Shown one piece after another: positions 46,201 to 54,800 of a stretch of DNA of 64,000 bases. Where the stretch lies: IMG/VR virus record IMGVR_UViG_3300008262_000044; one strand, given 5' to 3'. The notes under the pieces are model-generated. The model saw nothing but the letters and a program-made list of their open reading frames with translations, was not told where the DNA came from and ran no database searches. A program made the position numbers and the translations under genes. Each line of letters starts with the position of its first letter. The first letter of the stretch is position 1. Source of the stretch: an uncultured virus (IMG/VR IMGVR_UViG_3300008262_000044). Its lineage: Duplodnaviria; Heunggongvirae; Uroviricota; Caudoviricetes.

Positions 46201-46615
46201 CTAACCACCAGTCACCATTGTCAGGGTTCGCTCCCGGGGCTGTTGTGCTTCCAGCAAGCTGAGTTAAATCAATGTCTGCTCTTACAATAAAAGCAGCATT
46301 GGATACACCTAATAAGCTGTACGCTGATAAAAGACCGTATTCGTTTCTTTCAGATCCATGTACTGGTGTTCCACTTACTGTTTTTTCAAAGAAAGGAACC
46401 CCATAGTTATCAACTAAGTCTCTTTGACTGGTAATTTTAAATGCTTTACCTGCATTTGCTTTTGTGGTCGCTACGGCTGTGCCTGTGCCTGCGCCATTTG
46501 TTTTATTCTGTCCGGTAGCCACTACTATTAGTGGAACTGTACCTGGCTCTGCTGGCGTATAGAAACTTTCGTCAATGACGGTTACTGATGCGCCTGGTGA
46601 ATTTAATGTTGCCAT
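43259..46615 (-). CDS. Tail sheath protein (T4 gp18-like, enlarged)
   Basis: N-terminal SPGASVTVIDES; C-terminal PWFAPAGTRRG, DRINVARL, FEPND, CDESNNTP, IEPVKAIEFI. Confidence 0.95.
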   Translation of the reverse strand: MATLNSPGASVTVIDESFYTPAEPGTVPLIVVATGQNKTNGAGTGTAVATTKANAGKAFKITSQRDLVDNYGVPFFEKTVSGTPVHGSERNEYGLLSAYSLLGVSNAAFIVRADIDLTQLAGSTTAPGANPDNGDWWLDTANTAWGIFEWNGNAASTTGGQKFASKTPIVLTSDDNVNLENSGSYGRAPKSSVGVPGDYAVVAEMNETYTVDKESVKIFYKRDTTLLGGDAWVLVGSTAWAASHATVKSTVTSPSITAGQTFLINGVTVTATGTDATSLVTAINALNINGVTAAKSFDRVYLYTDATNDDNVGDSARSNAIIIASGGGNSGTILTDVGLTAGTYYGPQLQMSPHTQVPEFRSDDTNPRPSGSVWIKTTEPNIGSRWRLKQWSSGTSLWTAKESPLYATTHAAIFNLDRTGGGTNIPVDTAFIQYNSTEDFGYDNTPQTATFRVWKRKVAGQTRVVSAPVAANTFIAGTNTFTIREMVKGQLALDTAKTVTFTATAGASDSDRIATAINALGLTQVEASVTSANEVVIVHKTGGDIRFTDGTNVPLGKIFTAFNQSALTGTANLYSLVGIGTGGTFLASNWLPLFNASNDFKSKRSAPLNEPADGQLWFNPSFSDVDIMTHNGTSWKGYKTVFPNTDPAGPIVAASKPTTQSDGTALVDNDLWISTADAENFPTIYRYNNNTKEWVLVDKTDDQSEEGVVFADARYGSSGATGNVAASIVTLLTNDFVDPDAPDPANYPRSILLYNTRRSSGNVKKYRNNYIDTTKDNTRYLGQSMAAYATDRWVTASGNQEDGSGTFGRIAQRQVVVQALKAAVDTSQEIRDEERRNFNLIACPGYPELLSNLVNLNLDRGVTSFVLGDSPLRLTADSTSLTNWGTNANGALDNGDKGLVSYDEYSAVWYPNGFTTDLSGVNAVVPASHMMLRTIALSDQVSYPWFAPAGTRRGGITNATAVGYIDRSTGEFQQVALNEGQRDTLYDIKVNPIAFFNGVGHVAYGQKTRARNASALDRINVARLVVYLRSQLSKLARPYVFEPNDKITRDEIKQACDSLLLELVGLRAIYDFAVVCDESNNTPTRIDRNELYVDIAIEPVKAIEFIYIPLRIKNTGEI

Positions 46616-46720
46616 CTGATAAATCTCCCGGTATTAAATACTCTAATATATTTATTGCCATTTTGAAAAAACGGTAGCTTACAACCAGAAGAAAAGGGGC
46701 CAAAAAGGGTAAATATTTTT

Positions 46721-47053
46721 ATGAGACCCTTATGTAAGTGTGGTTTACGGCCCGCAGCAGTTAATTACCATAAAAATGGTAAAACTTACTATAGAAGTAA
46801 GTGTGAAACCTGTCTTTACGGCAATGATGATGTTATACCAAAATGGTATAGAGCGGGATATAAAAAATTATCCAAGTGTGATAAATGTGGTTACACCAGT
46901 AAACATCCAGAACAGTTTGATGTTTATCATATAGACGAAAATTTAAACAATTGTCGGCCAAATAATCTTAAGACTGTATGTGCAAACTGTCAGAGAGTCC
47001 TACATAAAGAGGGCGTTCGTTGGCGTCAGGGGGATCTTGTACCAGATTTCTAA
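46721..47053 (+). CDS. HNH-type Zn-binding protein
   Basis: CDKCG...HIDENLNN...NLKTVCANC; TAAATA 5 nt upstream. Confidence 0.7.
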   Translation: MRPLCKCGLRPAAVNYHKNGKTYYRSKCETCLYGNDDVIPKWYRAGYKKLSKCDKCGYTSKHPEQFDVYHIDENLNNCRPNNLKTVCANCQRVLHKEGVRWRQGDLVPDF

Positions 47054-47666
47054 TTTTACTATATAATTCATCAATAGTAGAATCATTATCCAATTCGTGA
47101 TCAAACTTAGTACCGACCCAAGCAGTTTCACTAGCATGAATTCTCGCTTTTTCTAAATTATGCTTGCTGGTTGCCCAAGACATATTACCTGTCTCGCCCC
47201 GATTTGCATTCAATGCCCATTCGTACCATTCAGGTAATGCGCCACGTTTTACCCATACAATAATACCACCGGCATCTCGTATAGATTTAATTTCATTAGG
47301 AAAACGACAATCTGAAATTACCACCGAATCTTTAGAGTTTCTAAGTTTATTTTCTAAACTTGCAATCCAAATATCATCGTGGAAGCCTTTACGGCATACT
47401 TCTGTGCCCCAATACTGTAGTACCCAGCGAGGAGTGAGTGTGGGTATGTTAAGGCGTTCTGACCACCAAGGATCTACCTGTTCTCGCCATTCACGAGCGG
47501 CTTTTGTACGCCCTTCCAATAACGTACGGTCCCAGCCGAATACCGAGGATACTGCGTCTTTTAGTGTAGATGCAAAACTTTCTCGTCTAAAGCCATGAAA
47601 GTTTACTAGATAGTCTGCAACAGTATCTTTACCGCTGCCAATAAAACCGCAGATTCCTATAATCAT
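46968..47666 (-). CDS. Deoxynucleoside monophosphate kinase (T4 gp1-like)
   Basis: GFIGSGKDT, TPRWVLQYWGTE, ISDCRFPNE, HASE; AGGAGA RBS; TTGATT-17 bp-TATAAT promoter. Confidence 0.9.
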   Translation of the reverse strand: MIIGICGFIGSGKDTVADYLVNFHGFRRESFASTLKDAVSSVFGWDRTLLEGRTKAAREWREQVDPWWSERLNIPTLTPRWVLQYWGTEVCRKGFHDDIWIASLENKLRNSKDSVVISDCRFPNEIKSIRDAGGIIVWVKRGALPEWYEWALNANRGETGNMSWATSKHNLEKARIHASETAWVGTKFDHELDNDSTIDELYSKIRNLVQDPPDANERPLYVGLSDSLHIQS

Positions 47667-47711
47667 AATATCTCCTAGACTAGAGTATTATAATTTATCT
47701 AGAGTAAAAAA

Positions 47712-48470
47712 TCAACCAATAATAAATGTATAGCCGTGACCGCCAGGAACTAATTTCATCAAATCATCAACTAGTTTATCCATTTCAGTCTGAGCTTCTG
47801 TTTTTAATGTAGTGCCATTAAGACTAGTTCCGCCAGCTGGGCCGGCAATTTGTGCAAATTTTTCTCTGGCTTGACCTAGTATCATTTTACAGTTAGCCAA
47901 ACTATAATCTTTAATCCACTGACTAGCATAGGTATCGTTGATTATTGAACTATCGGGCCTAGTATTATAACACCAAAGCATAAGCTCTTCGTTATTTCTA
48001 GGTCGTTGTTGTAATACTAGTTTTCTACTTTGAGGAATCCAATGAAAGTTCATAAATGCACCAAACATTCTTCCGACCATTTCTTGATACCCAGCAAACA
48101 GTTCATAGGTAGCTAGTCCGCCCATATTAGTAGATGATAACAAGTATGTATTTGTATAGGCTAAATTGAACGGTTCAAATACAGTGCCACCCCCGCCGCC
48201 ACCCGATCTAGAACCAACCGATCGTCTAAATATTTGACGAACTTGTTGTATTTCTTTGGGTAATATATATTCGTTTTGATCAATTTCTGTAGTTAAAAAT
48301 ATCATACTTTCTTCTACAGCATTGTCGCTACGTTGGCGAAAAGTTGCTAGGGCTCTGTTTAATGCTGTTTCGTAATGTATAGGATCTAGTTCTACGTCGA
48401 TCATGCCATCGCCCAGCATGGCTTTGCAGTAGTCGTAAACAGCTTGTCTTTCAGGATTAATTTGGCTCAT
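47712..48470 (-). CDS. Neck/head-tail adaptor protein (T4 gp13-like)
   Basis: LGDGMIDVEL...WIKDYSLA...KFAQIAGPAGGTSLNG. Confidence 0.8.
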   Translation of the reverse strand: MSQINPERQAVYDYCKAMLGDGMIDVELDPIHYETALNRALATFRQRSDNAVEESMIFLTTEIDQNEYILPKEIQQVRQIFRRSVGSRSGGGGGGTVFEPFNLAYTNTYLLSSTNMGGLATYELFAGYQEMVGRMFGAFMNFHWIPQSRKLVLQQRPRNNEELMLWCYNTRPDSSIINDTYASQWIKDYSLANCKMILGQAREKFAQIAGPAGGTSLNGTTLKTEAQTEMDKLVDDLMKLVPGGHGYTFIIG

Positions 48471-48503
48471 ACAGTATTTATCGGTAGCGGTAAATATAGT
48501 ACT

Positions 48504-49706
48504 ATGCCAAGACTTTCACTTTATCGTCCTGAAAAAGGCAACGATTACAAATTTATAGATAAAAATATTTGGGAAATGTTCCAGGTGGGCGGTACTGACG
48601 TTTTAATACACAAATACGTAGGACCAAAATCAACATCTGCGCTGGAAAATACTCCTACCACCCCAGAATATCAGGGAAGTCCAGCCGAAACACAAATACA
48701 AGATCTGCTATTTTTAGAAAATAGAGATCGCAAATATGATCCAGATGTTTATATTTTACGTGGTGTTTATAACATACAGGATTTAGATTTTAATCTAAGT
48801 CAATTTGGATTGTTTTTACAAAATGATACAATTTTTATAACTTTTCATATAAATGATACTGTTGAAAAAATTGGTAGAAAATTAATCAGTGGGGATGTTA
48901 TAGAACTTCCTCATTTAAAAGATGATTTTGCATTAAACGATTTAAATTTTGCATTGAAAAGATTTTACGTTATAGAAGATGTTACTCGTGCAGCAGAAGG
49001 GTTTAGTGCAACATGGTATCCGCATTTATATCGTGCTAAGTGCAAACCTCTAGTCGATAGTCAAGAATTTAAAGATATTTTAGATGGCGTTGCGGGCGAA
49101 GGTACAAATCAAACACTGCGAGATGTTATGAGTACCTACGAACGAGAAATGCAAATTACTCAGGCAGTATTAGATCAAGCAGAAGCTGATGCGCCGCTGA
49201 GTGGTTACAATACCAGTGCATTTTATACTGTTCAAGTAAACGAAGAAGGTAAACCAGAATTAGTAACTGTTGATACCGCTCAGGTTGCGGCTTCAAACAG
49301 TCAAATTGATATCAGTATGGTATTACAGACTGCTGATAGATTAGGATATGACGGTTATCTATTAGGTCAGGATTCCGCGCCCAACGGTTCCCCATTTACC
49401 AGCGGTTTAGCATTTCCAGTTAATGCACAAGAGGGTCAATATCATCTTAGAACAGATTACACTCCTAAGAGATTATTTAGATATAATGGAAAATATTGGG
49501 TGAGAGTTGAAGACGTGGCTAGAACAACAATGAGCAATATTGGACCTACAGATACACAATCCGGAGATCGTTTTGAAGGTTATAATGTTAGAAATACACA
49601 AAAAGCCAGTTTTATTAATAATACAAACACTGATAATATCAATGGAAAAACCGTTGATGAAAAACAAAGCTTAAGTAAAGCACTACGACCAAAGGCAGAT
49701 AACTAA
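48504..49706 (+). CDS. Neck protein (T4 gp14-like) with C-terminal extension
   Basis: LSQFGLF..ND...GDVIELPH; start MPRLSL 7 nt after TAAATA. Confidence 0.7.
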   Translation: MPRLSLYRPEKGNDYKFIDKNIWEMFQVGGTDVLIHKYVGPKSTSALENTPTTPEYQGSPAETQIQDLLFLENRDRKYDPDVYILRGVYNIQDLDFNLSQFGLFLQNDTIFITFHINDTVEKIGRKLISGDVIELPHLKDDFALNDLNFALKRFYVIEDVTRAAEGFSATWYPHLYRAKCKPLVDSQEFKDILDGVAGEGTNQTLRDVMSTYEREMQITQAVLDQAEADAPLSGYNTSAFYTVQVNEEGKPELVTVDTAQVAASNSQIDISMVLQTADRLGYDGYLLGQDSAPNGSPFTSGLAFPVNAQEGQYHLRTDYTPKRLFRYNGKYWVRVEDVARTTMSNIGPTDTQSGDRFEGYNVRNTQKASFINNTNTDNINGKTVDEKQSLSKALRPKADN

Positions 49707-51151
49707 TGGATTTTTTCTATGATGGACAAATAAGAAGATACGTAACACAGTTTATGCGAATCTTCATCGGTTTTAAATATCAAGCCGGCGACGGTGATCT
49801 TCGCCATGTTCCTGTGATGTACGGTGATTTATCAAGATCAGTAGCTGCTATTATTAAAGAAAATAGTGAAAATAAATTACCAACAGTTCCTAGAATTAGT
49901 TGCTATATCAGTGGTTTAGAATTAGACACCACTAGAATATCAGATGCTAGTTTTGTTAGTAAACTAAACATTAGAGAACGCACCTATAATCAATTTGATA
50001 ATTTTGGTGAACCTATCTATCAAGGTGGGCAAGGTGGTGGCTATACTGTTGAAAGACTAATGCCTACTCCTTTCAAACTTACAATGAAGGCTGATATTTG
50101 GACCAGTAATACTGATCAAAAATTGCAATTAATAGAACAGATATTGGTTCTGTTTAACCCTAGTTTAGAAATTCAAACTACAGATAACTATATTGATTGG
50201 ACTAGTTTAAGTGTTGTTGATTTAAAAAATTTAACATTTAGTTCAAGAACAATTCCTCAGGGTACGGAATCAGAAATTGATGTATGTACGATAGAATGCG
50301 AAATGCCCATTTATATTACTCCACCGGCTAAGGTCAAGCGTCTTGGAGTTGTTAAGAATATCATTATGAATATTTTTAATACCCAAGGCGATGTAGGAAA
50401 TATCAATGATCTTGTTTATAACGGAACTCCACCATTAAAATATGTAAACACTCCGGGTAATTTTGGTGTGTTATTACTAAAAAGCAATAACGGTCAAGCT
50501 AACGATTATAATTTAAGTGTACTAAGTCCAGGAGAAGCTGTTCAAACATTAGAAAACGGTTCTCCAACAAAACTAGGCAAACGAATAGATTGGAATACTA
50601 TTCTTGAACAATATGAAGGATATCGTCCTGGTATTAGTCAAATATATTTCTTACAACCTAACGGATTTGAAATTAGAGGATCTTTTGTAGTCAACGAAGT
50701 TGATTCGACATATCTATTAATTACAATTGATGAAAAACCCTCAAATACTATTATTAGCGGACGAACAACAATTGATGCTATTATTGATCCAATTAAGTTT
50801 AATCCTAAAGCCAATACAGTTGCGGCTGGAAACAGATATCTAATACTAGATGATATAACTACAGAAAATAAAACATATGACGGTGAACAAGACAACAATC
50901 CGACAACTGGTCAAATAAAAACAGGCGTATTTGCATGGGAACAATTCCAAGCAGGTGCTAATGATATTATTGAATACACCGGTACAGGATGGCAAATAGT
51001 GTTTGATGCTAGCAATGTAAACAATACGTTACCAGTTTATACTCAAAATTTAAAAACTGGTATTCAATATCGCTGGGACGGAACTCAATGGCTCAAAAGT
51101 TTTGAGGGAGAATATCGTTCAGGTTACTGGCGTTTTAGAATGGATCTCTAA
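49706..51151 (+). CDS. Tail terminator / sheath stabiliser (T4 gp15-like)
   Basis: FFYDGQIRRY, VPVMYG, PRIS, PTPF, QLIEQILVLFNP motifs. Confidence 0.82.
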   Translation: MDFFYDGQIRRYVTQFMRIFIGFKYQAGDGDLRHVPVMYGDLSRSVAAIIKENSENKLPTVPRISCYISGLELDTTRISDASFVSKLNIRERTYNQFDNFGEPIYQGGQGGGYTVERLMPTPFKLTMKADIWTSNTDQKLQLIEQILVLFNPSLEIQTTDNYIDWTSLSVVDLKNLTFSSRTIPQGTESEIDVCTIECEMPIYITPPAKVKRLGVVKNIIMNIFNTQGDVGNINDLVYNGTPPLKYVNTPGNFGVLLLKSNNGQANDYNLSVLSPGEAVQTLENGSPTKLGKRIDWNTILEQYEGYRPGISQIYFLQPNGFEIRGSFVVNEVDSTYLLITIDEKPSNTIISGRTTIDAIIDPIKFNPKANTVAAGNRYLILDDITTENKTYDGEQDNNPTTGQIKTGVFAWEQFQAGANDIIEYTGTGWQIVFDASNVNNTLPVYTQNLKTGIQYRWDGTQWLKSFEGEYRSGYWRFRMDL

Positions 51152-51161
51152 TAAGTACTTG

Positions 51162-51563
51162 ATGCAAAAACGTGCAGGTATTTTATTTCTTTGTACATCA
51201 ACTAAAAGATTTTTATTAATCCATGAAAATTTAAAATGGACTGTACCTACTTTTGAAAAAAGTAAAAATATTTTTGAAAGTGGTCAAGAATTAATAGAAC
51301 GATATAAAAAATCGCAAGGAAAACTATTACCAATCGAACTGTATCTCAGTGAAGATAAAGGATTTGAATACGGAACTTACATATGTTTAGTTGAAGAAGA
51401 ATTTTTGACTACAGAGGTTCAAACAATGTGCTGGTCTAGTTTAGAAGATATTCCAAAAAATTTACACACGGGTTTAAAATTAACTATTACTAATCCTTTA
51501 ATTAGAACAAAAATAGATACAGTATTAATTATGAGTCAAGACTATGAGTTTAAAAATCAGTGA
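51162..51563 (+). CDS. Degenerate Nudix-fold-like protein
   Basis: RAGILF...RFLLI...W pattern without an intact Nudix box; TAAGTA 4 nt upstream. Confidence 0.45.
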   Translation: MQKRAGILFLCTSTKRFLLIHENLKWTVPTFEKSKNIFESGQELIERYKKSQGKLLPIELYLSEDKGFEYGTYICLVEEEFLTTEVQTMCWSSLEDIPKNLHTGLKLTITNPLIRTKIDTVLIMSQDYEFKNQ

Positions 51564-51804
51564 ATTACATTCGTATCATGCTGATATTATTAGATATCAA
51601 ACATATATTGATAATATTATCGACGCACAAGAGCGTGTTATTGCACAATCTCTTTTAAGAGATTACAAAAACCTTGTGAACAGAATTGATACTAAGATTG
51701 AAAATATTGTGTTTGATGACATAAAAAAAGTCCTGTCATCTCAACGACAGGACTCTTCTAAATTACACGAACTTAGACAACAGCTAGAGCGCCTTGCTTC
51801 TTAA
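51544..51804 (+). CDS. Small coiled-coil protein
   Basis: 86 aa. Confidence 0.6.
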   Translation: MSLKISELHSYHADIIRYQTYIDNIIDAQERVIAQSLLRDYKNLVNRIDTKIENIVFDDIKKVLSSQRQDSSKLHELRQQLERLAS

Positions 51805-54800
51805 GCTTGCGCTTCACCCCAACGTAAAATTAAGTTAGCAGTAACAGCAGCAGTACCAGTTGAATAAATGTTAATTGCCAATACGTCTGGGCCGTTAGGG
51901 AATGTACCTCTTCCGCCAATTGCAGTAGAAGTCAATTCTTTTAGTTCACTAAGATCTAACACTTCGCGAACGCCCTGTGGAGAAGCAAACGCAAATACCT
52001 GTTCACCCGGTTGTGCGTATGTTGGTGAAGTAAATGTTACACTTCCAGACACAGCCGCAGTGACGTCTTTGGAAATTGTAATTGTAGTTTGGCCAGCTCC
52101 TGGAGAATCTGTTTGGATTCTTTCTACCACAGTACCAGACTGAACACCGCCAGTTGCAGAAACTACAAATCCTAATCTTACATCGGCTACTTGACTACTA
52201 GTAAAAATAGCTGATCTTAATCTAGCTTTAGGAGTGGTATTAAAACCAGTAGTCGGAGTTGCTGCCACTGGAGCAAATCCAGCAAACGTAATTGACGAAC
52301 CATTGGCAATTTGTGCAAATGATGGTTGACCGCCTTGCGCTGTTGAAGTTAGACCAAACCATGTAATATCAGCTGCCAATGACGGATAGTTTAATGGATT
52401 TAACACACCCTCAATAATAAAAGAATCCGATGATGCTGGATTACCACCAACAACTTCTAGAGAGTTAAGTAATAATTGTGCTCTGTTTAATAACTCGCGT
52501 TCTCCTAAATCTCCTGTGATAGCATTTGATACACTGGGTGCAAGTCTAATTGCAAACGCTGTGGTTTTTAAATTTGTAACTGCAAGATTTGTGATCTGAT
52601 AGTTAAAGATATATCCGCGATCTGTATCAAAACGACCGTCCATGATATACGCACTACCCCAGTGACTAATTAAAGGACTAGCTGTTGACGAAACTAATAC
52701 TACACCGACATTGGCATCATGACCTGCTGCTGCCCCGGCAGTAAATGTACGCTGAGCACCGGCTGAAAAGTTTACATAAGATGTTCCTCTAGTCAACCCT
52801 CCCAATACATTTCCAGACTTAGAAGTATAGCTGATCAGTTCATTTTCACAATATACTGTGCCAACCTCGGGAAAAAATTGTGCATCTTTTAGTGTAAGGT
52901 TTGTGCTAGATGATGTTATTGTAGCTGCTAATTTAGATCTACCGCCCTCATTTAACACCTCATATCGTACAGGTAAGTTACCAGTTCTCATGTAAGCTTC
53001 GGTATTTAGGTTATTTCCTTTTAATCTGTGTGCAAATACATAATCACCGTTAGGTCCCCTAAACATCCAGTCGATAAATCCAGCACCGTACCACGAGTAC
53101 TGCATACCGATCATCTGCATTTTAGTTACATCGAGGATATAACCACTTGGACCTGAACCGTCACACTTATCAAGGTTCCATTCTGATTGCGGAATTCTAT
53201 AATCTTGAATTAAACACACTTTAGCATTTGTTACGTTAACAACTCCTCTGAAGTCAGGGTTAACAGTCATCGAAGTTTGACTTATTACATCACTAACTAA
53301 GTGTGTCATTCCTCTAATAATAATCCTATCGCCTTCTTGTAGTTGATCCCTAAATCTTGTGTTACTTCCGGTAACTAAATTTGAATCAACATTCATTGAT
53401 ACAGTACCTGCTAATTGAAAAGTACTAGATCTTTTAACCAAAGCCATTTCATCGCCATTAAATTCAAAGAAAATACCATTTTGATCATCAAAAGCGCCAG
53501 CTCTTACATAGGCTCCGTGCCAACCCGTATGAGCCATTTGACACTGAGCACCAATTTCAGCAACTACATTACCTAATTGAGTTTGTGCTCTTACTCTAAA
53601 TACTCGTTCGTCAAGGATTTCAACAACCTCGTAGTCACCGTTATATCCAACAGTTATGGCACCACTAATTCTTACATCGGATTTAATTTGTAATCCGTGA
53701 TCGTTATCATCGATGGTGATTGTTATTAAACTGTTTACGGCAGTTCCGTCTGCAACAATTCCTCTAATATCGTAGCTAGGTGCAAAAAGAGCACCTGTAG
53801 TATACATTGCACCTTTACCAGACTGGTAACGAATATATTTTTTACTCATACGTACTGCTTGAGCACCATGACTTGGGGTGCCTGTGCTTAATAACACACC
53901 TCCATCGAATGGTCTATGTAGGAAGAATGCATCAGTTCTTGGATAGATCAATCCAGTTATACCCGGCGATGTACCAATAAGTCCTGCAGATCTTACGGTA
54001 TATCTTAAAGTATTTTTAGTCGGAACATCTTCAACAAAGAAAGGTCCCGAAGCCAGTGCATGATTAGAACCGCCGGAACCAATAGCTACCGATATTGATG
54101 ATCCGGGAGTTAATCCATGCCCGCTTGGAAATGTTACCAATATTTTTGCAATAGCACTATATGTTGTTGTAGTTCCATTTAATAATGGACCGGATAGCCC
54201 GTCACTTATATCAATACTAGACAAGAATTGAACAGGGTCGCCAGTTGATCTTGCAGTTCCAGAGATAGTCGAAACTGATATAATACCGCCACCTGCAGCA
54301 ATTTGAGTCACTGATAAGATTAAATTTCTACTTTGGTTTCCTTCCCCGTCTAACAAATTCTCCGGAATTCTTATTAAATTTCCTACCAAATATCCTGTCC
54401 CAGATTGGCTAAGTGTTATTCCTGTGTATGAACCAGAAACTCTATTCACGTTAAATGAAGCACCATTACCTATAGGCGTTTGTACAACTGCCGTTCCTCT
54501 AGCAATAAATCCTGTCGAGAACGATTGTCCAGCCGGTAGTGTACCGGTAATATTACTGGCACTTAAAATTCCGCCACCAGATGTAATTGTAGCTACTCTA
54601 AATGTTATATCATTAGCAGGAGTAGCTCCTACAGCATCTGCTGGAAACGGATTCGACGTCGGAGTAAATGGGTCAGAATAAGTTGACACATTTCTTAATC
54701 TAGTTTCGTCAAAAAATGCATTAATTCCGCTAGTGCTACTAATATCAAATGTACCACCTAATGTCAATTGAGTATTTCCTTGATAGTTTGTAGTATCATT

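Noticed and set aside
51162..51563. Active Nudix hydrolase
   Set aside because: The GX5EX7REUXEEXGU box is not present; only a fold-level resemblance is suggested.
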